Shown one piece after another: positions 60,817 through 64,000 of a stretch of DNA of 64,000 bases; position 1 is the stretch's first letter, and every line of letters begins with the position of its first letter. The position numbers and the translations under genes are program-made. Source of the stretch: an uncultured Verrucomicrobiae bacterium (GTDB lineage Bacteria > Verrucomicrobiota > Verrucomicrobiia > Chthoniobacterales > UBA10450); contig CAVSDR010000003.1 in NCBI GenBank assembly GCA_963726745.1, positions 608,001 to 672,000 of the forward strand. Direction: 5' to 3'. The notes under the pieces were generated by a model that ran no database searches, was not told where the DNA came from, and saw only the letters and a list, made by a program, of their open reading frames with translations.

Positions 60817-61922
60817 GCCGCCTCCAGTGCGCGATACATTTCCTGGTATTCGGCAATCATTCGCTCGGCGGAAAATTGCCGCGCGTTCTCCAGGCTGCGG
60901 GCGCTCCAGCGGGCGCGCTCCGCGGGATCGCTCAGCCGGAGGATCTCGTCGGCAAAACCTTGCTCGTCCTCGACCGCGTGAATCAAACCAGCTTCGCCCG
61001 CCACTTCCGGCATCGGCGGAGTTGCGCTGCAGATCACCGGGCAGCCGCAGGCCTGCGCTTCCGCGATGGGCCAGCCGAAGCCTTCGAAACGCGACGGGTA
61101 AAGCAGCGCGGTCGCGCGCTGGTAAAGCGCCTCGAGGAGGGAATTCTCCGGATGCACCGCTTCCACAACTCGCTGTCTAATCCCCATCTCGTCGGCTAAC
61201 GAGCGCAATTCCGCAGGGAGCGGTTCGCCCGCAAAGACGAGTTGTCCATGCCAATGGGGCGCCGTCCGGGCAAAAATGCGGAGTGCGCCGTCGCGATTTT
61301 TTCGGCGCAGGTTCGAGCCGACGTGGAGGACGAACGGACGGGCGAGATCGAGGCCAGCGATGCTGGGTTCCATCGCGGGCGTGGGGCCGTAGGGATGGCT
61401 CAAGCCGAGTGTGATCACGCGCAGCGCGGGGCGCTTTCCTGCCGGCAAAAGCCGATCAGCATCCTCTAAGGTCGCGCGCGAATCGCACGCGATCGCATCG
61501 GCCGCAGCCAATCCGCGCAGGATCCAGCGTTGCAAAAAATTCCCCGCAGCCGAGGCCGGGCAATCCGTTTCCTCGCCGAGCGCGCCACGCACCGCCAGCA
61601 GATCGTGACAGGTCACGAGCACCGCAGTCGGGCGAGCGGCGCGGACGTAAACCGCGTTTGAATGATCGCAAATGTGGACCAACGAGACGTCGCCGCGCGC
61701 GAGGCGTCGCCGCAGTTGCCGCGGGAACAGGAGATACTTGTCGAGGTAGGCCAGCCATTTGCCGGCAAATTCACCCGCGGCGCGCCAGCGTCCGAAGAAG
61801 GGCCGGGGTTGCAGCAGCTCCGCCGGTTGCCCCGCAGCCCTCAGGCCTTCGAGCATCATCTGGCCAAAGCGAAGCATGCTTTGCTGCCGGTCCGGCGCGT
61901 AGTTACCGATCAGCAGAACCAT
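60813..61922 (-). CDS. GT4 glycosyltransferase
   Basis: TCHDL, HVGSN..RKN and PSRFEGFGWPIAEAQACG motifs. Confidence 0.92.
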   Translation of the reverse strand: MVLLIGNYAPDRQQSMLRFGQMMLEGLRAAGQPAELLQPRPFFGRWRAAGEFAGKWLAYLDKYLLFPRQLRRRLARGDVSLVHICDHSNAVYVRAARPTAVLVTCHDLLAVRGALGEETDCPASAAGNFLQRWILRGLAAADAIACDSRATLEDADRLLPAGKRPALRVITLGLSHPYGPTPAMEPSIAGLDLARPFVLHVGSNLRRKNRDGALRIFARTAPHWHGQLVFAGEPLPAELRSLADEMGIRQRVVEAVHPENSLLEALYQRATALLYPSRFEGFGWPIAEAQACGCPVICSATPPMPEVAGEAGLIHAVEDEQGFADEILRLSDPAERARWSARSLENARQFSAERMIAEYQEMYRALEAA

Positions 61923-63360
61923 TGCGGGGCGTGGGCGGCGAAGGCGGCGCGACCGGTTCCGTCGGTGGACCGTGCAGGCGGGCGGCATAAGCCGAGCGGC
62001 CGGGCATCCGCAGCCGCGCGCCCGGCTTTCCTGCGAATACTTCGCCTAACGAGTTGTCGTCCGCGGCTTCTTCCTCGTGCCGCGCGCCCAGGACCAGGCC
62101 CATGGTGAAGACGGAAAATCCCAGCACGGTCGGCTGGCCAAACTGGCCATTGATCATCGGCAGAAAGGAAGCGCTGTAGAGCAGGAGTGGCAGCACGTTT
62201 CCCTGCTGCACGGACCGCAGGCAAAGCCAGCCGATGGCCACAACCAAACCAAACCGCCAGAGAACGAAGGCCAGCCCGAGGACAGGTCCGCTTTCCAGAA
62301 ACAGGCGCGACCATTCCCCTTCCGCGAGCAGAAACATGCTTTTGCCGGTGAGGAATCTCGCCCCCGCATTAGTCCCGATGCCGAGGCCATAGCCGAGGAA
62401 AGGCGCTTTCGTCAGGACGTGGAAGCCGTCGGCAAAATCGCTCACGACGCGCTCGACCAACCCGGCGCCGACGGAAGTTTCGGTAGCTTCCGCGACCTCC
62501 GCAAAGCGAGTCGTGAGCACGTTCAAGCCTTCCTTGAAGATCGGCGTGCGGGAAAGGATCAGGCCGAGGATTACCGTGACCACGAGCGTCTGGCCAAAGC
62601 GATTGACCGCCGAGGGACGGAGAAACAAAACCACCGCGAGCGAAGCCACCACGACCGCGCAGGCGCCCACGACCGAGCGGCTCCCGGAGACGACGATGCC
62701 AATAACCAAGGCGCTGCCGGCGGCAAAGAGCAGCCAGTTCTTGTAGACGTCGCGCCGCAACGCGGCCCAGATAAGAAAACCGGTCGAGAGGGCGAAGTAT
62801 GCCACCACCCCGATGACAAACGAGAACGGCCCCGCGGTCCGGACTTTGCCGAGCGCACTCTGCATCATCTCGCCTTCGCCGCCGGTGGTGCGATTCAGAA
62901 AAGCATCGGGCGAAGCGCGGAATTGCGCCACCATGAGCACGGTCATGGGCACGAGGATGAGGAGCGTGGCCCAGCCGATGCGCTTCACGTCTTCGCGCCG
63001 GAGGACGCGTTCCATCACAAAGATGAGCGGGAGATGAAGGAAATTGCAGCGGAAGCCGTAGCCAGTCACGAGCGCGATCCTCTGCGCATCGATGTAGGGC
63101 GCGAGCTGCACAATGCTCACCAGGACCGTGAGCAGACCGATGACGCCAAGGCCAACGACCCAACGATTCCAGGGGAAAATCTGCGCCCGAAAGGCCAGCA
63201 GGTAGATGGCCACGACCACCGGATCGCGCACCAGCAAGAGCGGATTCGAAAGGCCGGGGACGACCCATTTCCGGAGCGCGCCTTCGATGATCAGGAGCAC
63301 GAAGTAGAGCCAGATGAGCCACCGGATGTGGGCGATGGTTTTCTCGGGGGCGTGGTTCAT
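61903..63360 (-). CDS. Multi-TM polysaccharide polymerase-like (Wzy/O-antigen ligase-like) protein
   Basis: LLIIEGALRKW, SGSR and GYGLGIGTN motifs; about 11 hydrophobic helices; located inside the GT cluster. Confidence 0.7.
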   Translation of the reverse strand: MNHAPEKTIAHIRWLIWLYFVLLIIEGALRKWVVPGLSNPLLLVRDPVVVAIYLLAFRAQIFPWNRWVVGLGVIGLLTVLVSIVQLAPYIDAQRIALVTGYGFRCNFLHLPLIFVMERVLRREDVKRIGWATLLILVPMTVLMVAQFRASPDAFLNRTTGGEGEMMQSALGKVRTAGPFSFVIGVVAYFALSTGFLIWAALRRDVYKNWLLFAAGSALVIGIVVSGSRSVVGACAVVVASLAVVLFLRPSAVNRFGQTLVVTVILGLILSRTPIFKEGLNVLTTRFAEVAEATETSVGAGLVERVVSDFADGFHVLTKAPFLGYGLGIGTNAGARFLTGKSMFLLAEGEWSRLFLESGPVLGLAFVLWRFGLVVAIGWLCLRSVQQGNVLPLLLYSASFLPMINGQFGQPTVLGFSVFTMGLVLGARHEEEAADDNSLGEVFAGKPGARLRMPGRSAYAARLHGPPTEPVAPPSPPTPRNGSADR

Positions 63361-64000
63361 CGGGCGGTCAAAGTCTCGATCGCGGCCAGGATCGTTTCGC
63401 CATATCCGCGCCACGTAAACTCCGCTGCGCGTCGTTGCGCTGCAATCCCCATGCCAGCGATCTCTCCGGGATGCTCCGCGCACCAGCTAATTTTCTCCGC
63501 CAGCGCCTCGGGCGCACGGATCGGCACCAGGAAACCGGTCTCGCCCTCGACGATCAAGTCCTCGCCGCCGGCGTTGCGCGTTGCGATCAAAGGCAGCCCG
63601 CAGGCCATCGCCTCCTGCTGCACGAGCGCGCGCCCTTCGACGATCGAGGGCAGGACGAGAACGTCGCAGCTTTGCATCAAGCGCAGGACCGCGGCGTGCG
63701 GCCGGGGCGGCTCGTAGGTGAACTGGCCGCGAGCGTGATACCACTCCAGCGGCTGAAGCGGCGAACCCATGACCACCAATTCCGCGGCCCCGGGCTTGAG
63801 CAATTTCATGGCCGCGAAAACGTCGGCTAATCCTTTGCGCTGGGTCATCGAGCCGGCAAAAAGCACGCGCAAACGATCGTTCTGCCGACGCGCCGCATGG
63901 ACGATTGCCGGGGACCCGAAGGGCGCGACGACCGAACGCGTGCCGGTCGGGAGCGAGTCGCGCACGAAGTCACTCGGGCAAACCACCAGCTCGGCGAGCT
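63357..64000 (-). CDS. GT4 glycosyltransferase (5' end outside the window)
   Basis: FAGSMTQRKG and PSIVEGRALVQQEAMACGLP motifs. Confidence 0.9.
   Translation of the reverse strand, partial: LAELVVCPSDFVRDSLPTGTRSVVAPFGSPAIVHAARRQNDRLRVLFAGSMTQRKGLADVFAAMKLLKPGAAELVVMGSPLQPLEWYHARGQFTYEPPRPHAAVLRLMQSCDVLVLPSIVEGRALVQQEAMACGLPLIATRNAGGEDLIVEGETGFLVPIRAPEALAEKISWCAEHPGEIAGMGIAAQRRAAEFTWRGYGETILAAIETLTAR

Overview
High-GC bacterial chromosomal segment. The gene complement and attC style suggest Verrucomicrobiota, possibly Chthoniobacterales; this is an inference. Many conserved genes carry isolated 1-bp indels with no other decay (degP-like, ftsH, clostripain, nagA, halogenase, deacetylase, ppdK, wcaJ-like, two GT4s), which looks like uncorrected long-read error. 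Core content: the start of an alternative complex III operon (actABCD), an orphan PstS-like protein, KamA, DegP, ligA, an ECF sigma/anti-sigma/catalytically dead HtrA operon, a large ABCG-type transporter, ftsH, HPF plus a host-attachment-family protein plus glgX, a flavin halogenase/acyltransferase/deacetylase cluster, pilD, tatC, ppdK and a surface-polysaccharide cluster. An accessory block at about 24.0-29.5 kb holds decayed integron cassettes (attC sites, no integrase seen), two copies of a palindromic MITE/REP-like element, a 21-bp-period GCTCGG array directly upstream of an uncharacterised helical protein, and a hicBA module between direct repeats. The strongest unexplained signal is a dispersed motif, GCCTAACGAG/CTCGTTAGGC. 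By eye its CTAACGA core occurs about 37 times and the exact 10-mer 17 times, on both strands and in several reading frames, where it forces rare codons. It is identical to the right end of the local attC site.
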